Assembly: GCA_964106915.2 (NCBI GenBank)
Contig: OZ066927.1
Length of the DNA stretch: 64,000 nt
DNA from: Podarcis gaigeae
Taxonomy: Eukaryota
Direction: 5' to 3' (one strand)
Under the pieces are notes generated by a model that worked only from the letters and a program-made list of their open reading frames with translations, did not search any database and was not told the DNA's origin. Made by a program: the position numbers and the translations under genes. The first letter of the stretch is position 1; each line of letters opens with the position of its first letter. This document shows, in pieces, positions 48,736 to 60,230 of this stretch.

Positions 48736-49929
48736 TATTAGGATGTTTATTTCAATCCTAACAGCTGTCAGTAGTGACAGCTATGTTTGGATAGTTTCCC
48801 ATATTGAGATTGCCACATCCATTGTCACTGGAAAGTACAGGTGGACAAATCTGTTTGAGTAGGGGTGATGGTTAAACTATCCTCCCAACTGTTACATGGT
48901 TTTCATGTTCACATGGGGTTTGAAGAGGTATCTGTTTTGAATGTCTTTCAGCTGAGATTAGGTTACTGCTTACGTTGCTGGTTTATGTTCTCCTGCGGCG
49001 TGAGATGTGTTCTAAACGGATTATCAATTCTAGGTCCTGTTGCTGATTTGCTTTGGAATTTTTGAGATTTTTAATATTAGTTTTAATTGTGTTGTGTTGT
49101 TTTGTTTTGTTTTAATTGGGATTGAGAGTTTATTGTTCATATTTGCTGCAAGTTACTATGGGAAGACTCTGTGTCCTACACACTAAGCCCACTCACATTC
49201 TGGTCTGATATTAAAATACATTGGTCATCAGAGTCAGCTCCTGATAAGTCAGTGACCAGAATTCTGGGTACAATGTGGGCAAGGCAGACCTGAGAAAAGT
49301 GAAGGAAAGTAAATGTCAAGTTAGACCAGGAACACAGCATCAACTACTGACACAGAAAAATAAAATGCTGCTTTACACAGAGTTAAACCACCTCGGTAAT
49401 GGCTACACCAGGGTTAGCCAATGTGCTGTCCTCCAGATGTTGCAAAACTAAAACTCCTATAACCCCTGGCCATTGCCTATGTTGGCTGGGGCTGATAGAA
49501 GTTGTAGTCTATATTGAATACCCATTGACAGTGGCTCTCCAGCATTCTTCAAGGGGTATTGCCCAAGTCCTCTCTGGAGATGCTGAGCATGAAAAACAGG
49601 ATGTTTTCCATGCAAAACATGTGCTTTAAAGTAAATATAGTTCTATGGAGTGTCAAAGTCATGCTATGCTCACACAGTTTAAAAGATAGGATGGTTGCAA
49701 ATAAAATATTGTTACAAGGGAATGAGCACAAGAATGCACTCTAAAACTTGAGTATGCAATTGTTGTTGTTGTTGTTTATGCATGTAGGGGCTGCTGCCAC
49801 TGCTTGCTCCACTCACCAACCCCCACTGTTTCAGTCCCACCTCTGGCCACCCCTCCCTTTACACCTAACCACCACCCCCCATCATTCATCCACCCCGCTG
49901 CACACAGCTCATCCCCTGCCCTGCCCAGC

Positions 49930-49960
<31 letters not shown>

Positions 49961-50379
49961 AGCATTATTTATTAAATTTCTGTATTGTCCTTCATCCAAG
50001 GATAACACAAAAATACATAACATGGTAACAGACAGAAACAATGTCCCCAAGCCCCTAAACAGCAAAACCTACGGTATATACAAAAGAATTGCAGCAGCAG
50101 CAGGAAAGCAGCAGTGTAAATCATATGTAAATAATACTGCGTATAAAAAGTGTACTTCGGGTTAAAATGTGTACAGAATACATGTTTTTATGGTGGGTGG
50201 GTGTACACACACATAAAAATGTGCATTTCGTGAAAGACCAAAATCACAAATAATTGACTTTTGAACTAACACCAAAACTAAGGCAGACCCGAAAGGAGAC
50301 TGATTTACCCATCCCCAGTTTACACTCCATAAACAATACATGAACAGCCACTTGTATGAAAGATGGGGGCCTCCTCTTT

Positions 50380-50700
50380 TTACAATTCAACCCAAACTCC
50401 TTTGGGCAATTAGGTTGCTTTGCAAAGTTTCTGCACTTTTTAAATTGCATAATGAATTGGTTGCTCATAAATCATAAGATGAAAAGCCGCTACACAAGGA
50501 CTGACAATAGTGCTATGCATCTTAGTCAAGGGTGCTGGAGCAGTAGGAGCCCGGCGCAGTAGAATAATCTGAGATGATAAAACACAGAGGCCCTTAACCT
50601 TATTAGAGTGCAGCTCCAACTAATAGGCTGCTTACTGACTTGAGAGCAGCAAGTTCCTAAGCATTTAATTCAGCACTTAAGAGAGTTACATGTAATATAT
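50380..50700. promoter_or_regulatory. Candidate conserved non-coding element with PBX-HOX and MEIS-type sites
   Basis: TGATTTATG on the minus strand (50466-50474), TGACAA (50502-50507), TTGCATAAT and retained CpGs. Conservation not verified. Confidence 0.4.
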
Positions 50701-51312
50701 ATTTGGGGTTTGGTCAAGTGTAAAGGGAGCAGGGGTTGGCTAGGTGTGACAGAAGGGGGACAGGGGAATGGTTGGTGAGTAAGGAGGGGTCGGTGAGCAG
50801 AGCATCCAGAGATGTACAGATACCCCCAAAGATTTCAGTGATCAGGCTGGGATATAAGGGACCTGGGAATCCTTATCAATCATCTGCTTCCATATAATAT
50901 GACAGCTATGTTTTCCCCAATCTGCAGGGAAGTAATTCTAAGCATGGTAGCTCCTTCCTTGCCACTGAAGAAGCTTCACACTTGCAGGTTCAAAGGTGAA
51001 ATTCCAGGTATGCTTGAGGGGGGAAAAATCTGTTTTTTGAACATTTAAACACTCCTTGTACTCTGATTAGTATACAAGTCATTTATCCTAGATCCCGGGA
51101 GAGACCCACAAGTTTGTCACATGAATTCAGATGTTTCTTTGTATCCATAGATACTTCTGCAAAACAATTCATCTGATTTTTCTCTGGAGGCTCATGTAAT
51201 CTGATGTTTCTCTGATTTCACTTTCTATAATGCTGTTAATTCTTCATGTTGATTTATAGCAGGAGGAGTTAAGTACATTAATGACTGTTGAAGAAGTGGG
51301 TAAAAAAAATTC

Positions 51313-51350
<38 letters not shown>

Positions 51351-51426
51351 TTTCGTAGATTTTCACGGGTACAGGAATGCAGGTTTTGGTGTCCTCGGGT
51401 GTCTTCCCGTGTAAAAGTTGGGGTGT

Positions 51427-51470
51427 CTAGGCGACGTTTCGACGAGGTCTCACTCGTCATCTTCAGGCTG
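51427..51470 (-). ncRNA. Mirror copy of the minimal hammerhead-like motif
   Basis: Exact reverse complement of 51531-51574 within the palindrome. Confidence 0.6.
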
Positions 51471-51530
51471 GTGCTTTCGGCTTCTTGTTACTGGAACAGA
51501 GCTGTTCCAGTAACAAGAAGCCGAAAGCAC

Positions 51531-51574
51531 CAGCCTGAAGATGACGAGTGAGACCTCGTCGAAACGTCGCCTAG
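51531..51574 (+). ncRNA. Minimal type I hammerhead ribozyme-like motif
   Basis: CUGAAGA (51535-51541), extra U, stem II GACGAG/CUCGUC (51543-51548 / 51555-51560), GAAA (51561-51564), CG, UC cleavage site (51567-51568); stem I is weak. Confidence 0.6.
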
Positions 51575-52269
51575 ACACCCCAACTTTTACACGGGAAGAC
51601 ACCCGAGGACACCAAAACCTGCATATATATATATATATATATATCTCGGAATAATTTTTGCTAAATTCATGACAGTAGGAAAAAAAGACTAATTGGACTA
51701 GTATGCATATGAAATTACAAAGTACACCTGGGGATACAAGTTTGTGAAACTATTATCAAGTAAAAACCCAGAAAAAAATATCATGATAGCTCAGAGAGAG
51801 TATCATCAATGTCCCTGGCCTTTCTTGAAAACTCAACAGATTGAGTATCAAGCTCCTCCTATTAACATTAAAGCTCCTCCCCAATTCCCAGAAGATAAAA
51901 ATAGGGGGGAATCATATAAAGTTTTCATATTTGCCATGACATCAGGCTCCAGGGGACAGAGAGATGAAGCAGGACTGAGAAACCAGGTGGTTTCTCTTCT
52001 CCCTAGGCTGTTTTTATTCTACCTGGTCACTATATGAACTGCTATTTAACAGATGCCTAAGTTCACTTTTCCCATTTTCCTTTTATGTATCCTTCTTAAT
52101 TTATTGCATGGAAGCTACTCTGTAGACTGTTAACTGCCTAGAATGTTGTTTCAGCAACATCAGTAAAGGTGAACGTAACAAGAAAGGTCAAGGGATGAGT
52201 ATCAGGTGTGAGAGCAAATTAGCTTAAAATTATCTGTCTCCACGTCAAAGCAGGGGAATCAGGTTCAAA

Positions 52270-52428
52270 CCATAGGCCAGTAGTATATCACATGCTTTCC
52301 ATGCAGAGAGAATTGGGTTCAATCGCTGACATCTCCAGACAGGGATGGGAAGAACCATTGTACAAAGCAATACTGGATGAGATGGACCAATTGTCTGACT
52401 TGGTATAAGGCAGCTTCCCATGCTCCTA
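52270..52428 (+). mobile_element. Degenerate tRNA-derived SINE with CR1-type tail
   Basis: gggttcaatcgctgacatctccag...gatggaccaattgtctgacttggtataaggcagcttcccatg. Confidence 0.7.
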
Positions 52429-52778
52429 ATACATATTAATTCAATGTGGCTTTTTTAACAATGTTGATGATAATGATGATAAAAGATTCTTGATGGAGTG
52501 CACATCTAGTAAGAGATAGGGTTGTATTCAGAACCATGGACAGCAACTGGGTTTCCTGAATAGCCACTTTAATAGTGAAGGTGAAGAGATAAGGCCCTGG
52601 TTTGCTCTTTCCTGTCCTTGCACACATGCACACACAATTTGCTTGCAGGCAAATCCTGTTTCCAACCATTCTATTTTTCTTACTCCCACACTAGTTTCTA
52701 GAAAGTCAAGTGGTACCAACCAAGGGACTGTATTTTGTATGTGAATCTCTATTTAATGACTCTCTAATTGTATGATCT

Positions 52779-53127
52779 GGAAGGGTGGTGCTGTGGGTTA
52801 AATCACAGAGCCTAGGGCTTGCCAATCAGAAGGTTGGCGGTTCGAATCCCCGCGATGGGGTTAGCTCCTGTTGCTCGGTCCCTGCTCCTGCCAACCTAGC
52901 AGTTCGAAAGCACGTCAAAGTGCAAGTAGAGAAATAGGTACCGCTCCGGCAGGAAGGTAAACGGCGTTTCCGTGCCCTGCTCTGGTTCACCAGAAGCAGC
53001 TTAGTCATGCTGGCCACATGACCCGGAAAATGTATGCCGGCTCCCTCGGTCAATAAAGCGAGATGAGCGTCGCAAACCCAGAGTCAGCCACGACTGGACC
53101 TAATGGTCAGGGGTCCCTTTACCTTTA
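52779..53127 (+). mobile_element. Sauria SINE
   Basis: tRNA-like head with B box ggttcgaatccc, ccctttaccttta tail, 16-bp TSD tcta(a/t)ttgtatgatct at 52763-52778 and 53128-53143. Confidence 0.95.
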
Positions 53128-56039
53128 TCTATTTGTATGATCTACTTGCGGAAAACTGCATTCTGCACAAGCTTCCCAATCTATTTCTAAACTTCCTGTT
53201 GAGATACCAACACAGAAGAATTCAAGGCACTCAGAAGAGAAAATAAAGCAGGGGTAGGGGGTAGAGATGACTCTTTATTACATAAAAAAGCAATATATAC
53301 TAATTAAATATCATGAGCAGTAGTCCATTTCATGCTTCTCGATTTTCATGCCAATTTCCATCTCCCAGTAAACAGTTAGCATTTTGTATCTCTTTTTATT
53401 ATATACATATCATTAAATGAGAATCTGTCCAAATTTTCTGCTAACCTCCTCCCACACCAATCATTATTGCAGAGAGAAATGTCCAAAAACAATAGTGCAT
53501 GCAGATTTTTTTTTTTTAAATGTGTGAATTAAGTGAGTGTCTGATCTACACCATGTAACTACTGGGCACTCTCAGTAAGAAACTGGTTGTAACCTTGCAA
53601 AACCAATGTATTTAAACCAGCATGTGTTTGTGGTGTTTCAAATACATATCATCTCTTCAATTTTCATATTATGACATTTTTTCCAGACCTTGGTCTAGCT
53701 CTGAGACTGGATGCTACCCGGTTTGGCATGGCGGATAAGGAGCAGGATGGCAATAGACGGATGGGGAGGGAGTAAGGCTACAGATTATGCAAACACAAAT
53801 CAAAGAGTGAGAGGCAAGTGCAAAGTTCCTGGATGGTGGGATTTCTGCAAAGCCAGGCACAAATTCAGGTCCCAGAGTCTGTGAAAGAGGCATGAATAGC
53901 CCAGAAGCAGCTAAGGCAAGAAGGGGAGTCATGATCCAAAGCAGCAGTAGGAAAAAGGAAGTTACCGGTAAGTGGATTGGGATAGTCCTCACACTTAAGA
54001 CTTATTTGCTCAGATGCAAGAACTGGCTTTCCTACAATAGGGCTTAGTGTATTCTAACTAACCTGGAGAGTTAGCTGCCAATATTCAAGCTGGCTCTCTT
54101 CAGCCTGGAACAACATCCTAGAGGACACCCTTTTTCCTTAAGACATGGATGGGGAAAACTGGGAGAGCCTGTTGGCAGCCTAAGGTCCATCTACTGCAGC
54201 ATCCTATATTTACAGTGGCCAACCAGATACCTGTGGGAACCCCACAAGCAGGACATGAGGGCAACAACACTCTCCTCAATTGAAATTCACAGCAACTGGT
54301 ATTTGGGGTATACTGCCTCTGACAGTGGAGGATAAGCAGCCATCTGCAGTTGCATCTGGCAATGGGCAGGGGATTGGACTAGATCAGCAATGGGGAACAT
54401 TTGGTCCTCTCAGTATTATCAAACTACGACTCCAATCAGCCCTACCAAGCATGAAAGAGTCATAATTCAGGAATCTCTGGAGGGCTAAAGGTTCTCCACC
54501 CCAAATTTATGGAATGAGGTATGCTGATAGAAGTTCCAAGCAAGGTCTCATTTGAGATCATGTCATGATTCCAGAAAGGAGAAAGAAAGAGATCAAGAGA
54601 ACAATGTGGAAAAATTAGGCACTTCTGTGCTAACCTGGAAATGCAGGAAGTTCTTCTTGATCAAAGAGGGAATTATTTCTCCACTGAAAGTAGCCTGCAT
54701 CTGTGTGCCCCTCCCTCCCCAAACCCCCTCTTCTAACTCATCCCCTATTTCTTTTATCTACAGATACCCTTATAAGCAGATTTTCCTTTTTGGCAGTCCT
54801 GACCATGAGCTTTTCTGCAATTGGAGACTTGCTTCTCTCTCTTTCTTTATTTCTCTTTTTCCTTTTCAGCCTCCTGAATGCCTGCCAAGCCAGCAACATT
54901 TTGCCAGCTAATTTAATATTACAGATTAATGCAAAAAGCATGTAGCTCTAAATCCTTCTCATGTAACCTGCATTAACACTTGACAGAAGTCACATCAGCA
55001 GAAGAGTTACTGGAGACAGCTGCTGGTGTTTTTGGGCTCTCATATGATTAACTAGTCTCTTAGATAAATCTTTCAATGTGCCTTTTTCCTTTTCTTCAGC
55101 AAGTGATGCAAGGCATCACAATTTCAATGCAATTTTACAATAAACATTCACACAGCACAATTCACTCTAGTAAGTTATTCTGAAAAGGGTGTTTTATTTT
55201 CTTTCCCTTCCTATCTGCTGGAAAGCCCTGAACTTAGACCCTATCAAACACAAAGCCTTCTCTTTGGTTAACAACCTACATAGGCAGCTGCCTTATCCTG
55301 ATAGAACATTGCTCCACAATAGCTCAGTATTGTCTACAGCAGGAGTGAGAAACCCTCAGGTCCAGAGGCCAAAGGACTCGCTGTAGGACACTCTTACTTT
55401 CTTTGGGACACACTCCTCACGAGTCTTGCTCAGTGCCATCCTGGAGGGCTTATGCCTGGCTGGAATGTGCCCTTGAACTGTGATGATGTCTCTTGCTTGC
55501 CTAGATGGAGGTGTGTGTGTAGAACCCTCTGAATTCTTCATTTCTGGAAAAATGCAGCCTTCTGTAAGATATGCATCTGTGGCTCCATCTGCTTTTGCCT
55601 CTGGCCTTGTCTTCCATTGGCAGGTTGTGACAAAAGGTTGCCTATGAGGTGATACGGTCCTCATGGTCTGCATGGACTGGCAGAGCTTTAGGGAGTATCC
55701 TTCCCCAGCCTTATGTGGAGACACTGAGGAATGAATATGTTATCTTCTTAATGCAGCCCAGGAGCTTAACCACTGAGTGGAAGAGGAAGAGCCTGTACAC
55801 TCCAAGTGCTAATGAGAGAATGGGGAAGCACACCCATACACCAGACACCGTGCAGGGTGAATTTGTTTGCTTTTCAATATTAACACCAGCACAATACTTT
55901 ACAATCCCCCATTCAAATATATGGAAGAAAATGAAGTGATGCATTAGAGCTGTTCAAATATATTTTGTTGAAACATGGAGGGGCATTAGGAAGACCTACC
56001 TTTGCCATCTACCACACAACCTCAAGATCCACCCCACAT

Positions 56040-56335
56040 AACAGGGCAACCAATAAGTTAGAATCCCCATGGTTATAGAGTGTGTAGATGCCAGATGATC
56101 TTCACTGGGGTAGGCATTCCACAGACAGGGAACCACAACTGAAAATGCCTTCTCCCTTGGCATCACCTTCCAAGCCTCCTCCAGAGGAGGGACCCAGAGA
56201 AAGACCTCAGATGACAATATCAGAATCTGGATAGGTTTGTATCAGGAGAGGCATTAAAGAGCTTTAAAGGTCAAAACCAGCCCTTTGGATTGGGCTCAGA
56301 AGCATACAAAACAGGTTTTGTGATCTGTTTGCCTT
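56040..56335 (-). mobile_element. L2 LINE 3' fragment
   Basis: Peptide REKAFSVVVPCLWNAYP matches the L2 C-terminal RAFS.AAP.LWN.LP motif. Confidence 0.8.
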
Positions 56336-57430
56336 GAACCTGTCAGAAGTCAGGCAGCTGCGTTCTGCACTACACTATCTGCAGCTTCTGCACACACGCA
56401 CACACATGCACCCCCCCCCCCTACCAAGCAAGCCACAAAGCATTATTACAGTTCAAATACATTTTCCAGCCAGGCAAAAACATTCAAGCAAGGCAGAGAG
56501 CAGGGCTAGTGAATGTGACTTGGGGTGGTGGCCTAGGCAAAGTCTTTATGGTAAGAGAGACAGAGATAAGGGGGGCCACATTTGGCCCCTGGGCCTGAGG
56601 TTTCCCATCTCTGGTGTAAATACCCTTATCCCTCTCCCCCTTATGGGAAGAGAGGAGGATCCTTTAGTGCATCTTTCTGTCCAGGATTTTGTATCTTAAT
56701 GTGAAGTGAGATTATGAAAGGTTCTTGGGAAATGGGTTTATAAAAGAGAGTTTTGGAACACACACACACAGAGAGGATGACTTAATATTATGATCAATTT
56801 TTAGTCACATTTTATGTTGTGTTTTCATACATTTTTCTCTGTTTCCACATGCATTGAAACCATCTTTGAAAAATAGCTATAAACAACATCTGTGTTCAAC
56901 TGTTATCTAAGCATTTGCATCTTTACCACTTGGGGTGGGAGGAATGTTATAGAGGAACACAATTTTGCCAGAATGTACCAACCCCATAAGGCATATTTTA
57001 GGAAAACAGCAATTTTAAAGACACTCAGGATATAAAGACTAGCAATGGGTTCTAAACTTCTGCAAGTACAGTTATCTGTTCAAGCTGCAGATTGAATTAC
57101 ATTCCCTCAAGTGTGTGAGGGAATACAATCTAATCACAGCAGTTCAATAAGCTACTGTGCCGGTAAATCTAGTTTATTTTCACTCCACTATTTCCATTCT
57201 TCATTGATTATTTTCATCATCTTATCCATATAAATATGTTAGGTCACCTAGAAAATGTGAGTACTCTAGGTAAAATTATTAAATGGAACAGTAAGTATTT
57301 TTACATCAAGGAGGAGAGACAGACATAAAGAGAGTTCTTCATGGGAACAATTCTATTTAATTGACAAATTAGCTTAATCTAGTAGAACAACTCTATGTAT
57401 TTAGGAATTGAATAGAATCCCATTGTTGCA

Positions 57431-57720
57431 TGTAACCCCATTCTCCAAAATGTGTGAGATTCCAGGGGTTTCAGGGTTTCCTCAGAATGAGGGATAGCGG
57501 AGACTATGGTGTCGTTATGATATATGGTTTATTTACACATATATACAACCTGACCCTACCATGGCGGGGTTCACAGCATTAACACCTCAAGGAGGTCTTT
57601 CTTCTCCCAGACCCACAGCCTCTGAGTCAAGCAGAAATCAGGCATGGCTGTATCTCTCAGCTGCTCAGCCTGCTTCTTGCTTCTAGCTCACATGAATCTT
57701 CTCCCAGGCCTTATCTGGGG
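57431..57720 (-). mobile_element. Partial LTR (3' portion)
   Basis: Minus strand has AATAAA followed by about 90 nt ending ggggttaca, a typical LTR 3' end; 5' end not found. Confidence 0.55.
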
Positions 57721-59399
57721 AGCCAACAATGTGATGGGCAGCATACCCAGGGTGAGGGTGAATGTTTCTCTATTACACGTTGAGTGTTGTTATATTTTGA
57801 GCAATTCACTTGATGTGGTTTAAATCTGACTTTGTTATATTTAATATCACATTCTTTTTCCTCCATAAGAATGTCAGAACAAGACTTCCTTTAGGGTGTG
57901 GGTACAATAATTCCATGAGTATTTTTCTTAAGGAAAGTCCTTCCTTTTACACACTTACACACACACACAGCCTACTTGGTAAACAGTTATTTTGTTTGAT
58001 TCACTTATACAGTAGCATTTTAAAAAAGAAGAAGTGAACATTATGTACTCCTCTGAACTTCTCCACCCACAGTATGCATGCTCCAAGCCATATGTAGGGT
58101 TTTAACAGCTTACTATTCAGAGGACATCTATGATCTAGTTGAATGATAAGGTGATTGCTTACCCAAATTACCTTTTGCTTGGGGTTCATGCTGGGGAACA
58201 GCTTAGGCTGGCATAGTAAAAGATGGCTCCATCTGTGCACCTAAAAACTCGCCAGCGTGAAACATAGTTTGTCTGGTAGCCGTAAGCAAAGGCTTTGTAT
58301 CATAACGCCCCAGGCTCTGCCCGTCAGGGAAGAGATCTGCCTTCTTGGTCCAGATTGAGCACTCCCCAGCCTGTGGAGCCTGAAGCATTGCACATCAACA
58401 GCAAGATACATTAAGATATCACTCCAGGCTAACCACGATCGAATGGCTTCCTCTAGCATTCCCCCTGCCCCACATTCTGGATACATTAAAATTATATGGT
58501 GCAACTTTAGTTAAACTAGAGCCCATGATCAGTTAAGATAATGATGTCTCAGTACAATGGAAGGGTCCAGAGAAAATGCAACCCCATATTTACTTTTTAA
58601 TCTTTCAAACCCCTGTGAAAAACTGACATTTTGAAATGGATTCTGGACATTTCTAAATTTCCTTTGGGAGCTATTCATGGACTTCTGCTGCAATATGCTT
58701 TTTTTCTTGTTTTAATAGTTGGTGTTTGTGTCACAAATTGTATCGTCATTGCTTTTTAATCAGATTTTATTGACATTATATTTTATTGCTTTGCAAGCCA
58801 TCCTGAATGGAAGAGAGGTGGGGAAGTTGTACCCACACCAGCAATAAAGAGGTGAGACACTTGACATTGGGTTAAATACAGGGGCACCATTTTATGGAGT
58901 TTTAAAAGCAAGAAGTATACCTTTCTATACCGGTGTATAAAACTGCAGGTGTTTTGTTAAAGCAGGGGGCAAGAGCTAATAAGGATGCTTAAGGAATTTT
59001 GAATGTGTGTGAATTTTGAACAAGTGCAACACATGCTCTACGATGGAGCTATGGACCTTCTTCAATAATCACTATAATTTAAATAGAAATACACTAAAGC
59101 TCAGCATAGTCGGGAAGGCTGTGACCAGGTGGTCTATCTGCCTGTTCTTCAACCTAAAGACCCTTCCTGCTCTCACTTTTTAGCTATTGTTTTATCTGAA
59201 GTGAATCATAAATGGAATAAATAGAATTCAGAGCTAAAGTGTTGGTTGTTCCGTGCACAGTGATCCTTCCAAACACAGTGATCAGCTCCCTACATCATTT
59301 ATTTTGTTTTTGTCCATGTAACGAACCTGTAAAAAGGTAGGGTTTGGAACATTTACAATTAATTCTGATACTCCCCCTACCCTACCCCCCTCCACTGAC

Positions 59400-59730
59400 T
59401 AAACTGCAGGCATTAAAAGTTTCAGTGTGTCTCTGCACAAGTGTTAGCCTTGCTAATAATTGAATAATCTACCCAAAATGTCTGTGCATTACTCATTTAA
59501 AATAATTAGCAAATGATACAATGGCCATATGTGGTCATTATGGATAATTATATTAAATAGTGATGCAAATTCTCTCTCCCCTTGCTTGCCTACCCCATGA
59601 AATATATAAATAAATAGAGCCACTGACTAACAGCATGACAAGAAGCTAATTATCACAGACTTGAAACACATGGAGTTACCCCATTAATATTTTAAATTGG
59701 AAATATTTTTGAGTAGTAACACTAATGGCC
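59400..59730. promoter_or_regulatory. Candidate conserved non-coding element
   Basis: AT-rich unique block with several TAATTA cores, ATGCAAAT, ACAATG and a CATATG E-box. Conservation not verified. Confidence 0.35.
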
Positions 59731-60187
59731 AAATAAATAAATAAATAAATAAATAAAACCTACAATATGTTGTGCTTTCAAAATGCATAAAAATGCCTTG
59801 TGCTTTATATTAGGAACCGTATTTTGTGCAACGGTTATAGTCCCATACACACATAAGACTAGTCTTTAGCCTTGACAGACCTCAGAGGTCCTACCTTTTA
59901 TCAAGATTTGCAACATGAGTTTTAGTTTAAACTCTCCCTCACTCCCCACTTACAATATATGGCTATCTTTCTCTCTCCAGAGTGACCAGATGCAAAAGAA
60001 GACAGGGATCCTAGATCTTTCGCTAAATACAGCTGGTCATGGAGCGATCAGGAAAGTTGTACCAGCTGAAATTCATTCTTCTGCTGAACTATTCAAGGTA
60101 AAGAAGCTTTATTTGCATCTGGAAGCATTTTTTTTTCTCCCCACCTCCTCATGAACACCCCCCTCAAAGCAACAGCAACAGCAAAAG

Positions 60188-60230
<43 letters not shown>

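Larger units (their letters stand above)
51349..51624. mobile_element. Penelope-like element: two 5'-truncated 3'-end copies in inverted orientation inside a (TA)n microsatellite
   Basis: Perfect inverted repeat 51377-51499 / 51502-51624; CTGAAGA...GAAAC hammerhead-type core typical of Penelope pseudo-LTRs; (TA)n on both flanks; CpGs intact. Confidence 0.85.

Noticed and set aside
51377-51624. Palindrome as a pre-miRNA or a MITE
   Set aside because: A perfect 123-bp stem with a 2-nt loop is unlike pre-miRNAs; the arms are asymmetric at the outer ends and carry a Penelope-type hammerhead core rather than DNA-transposon TIRs.
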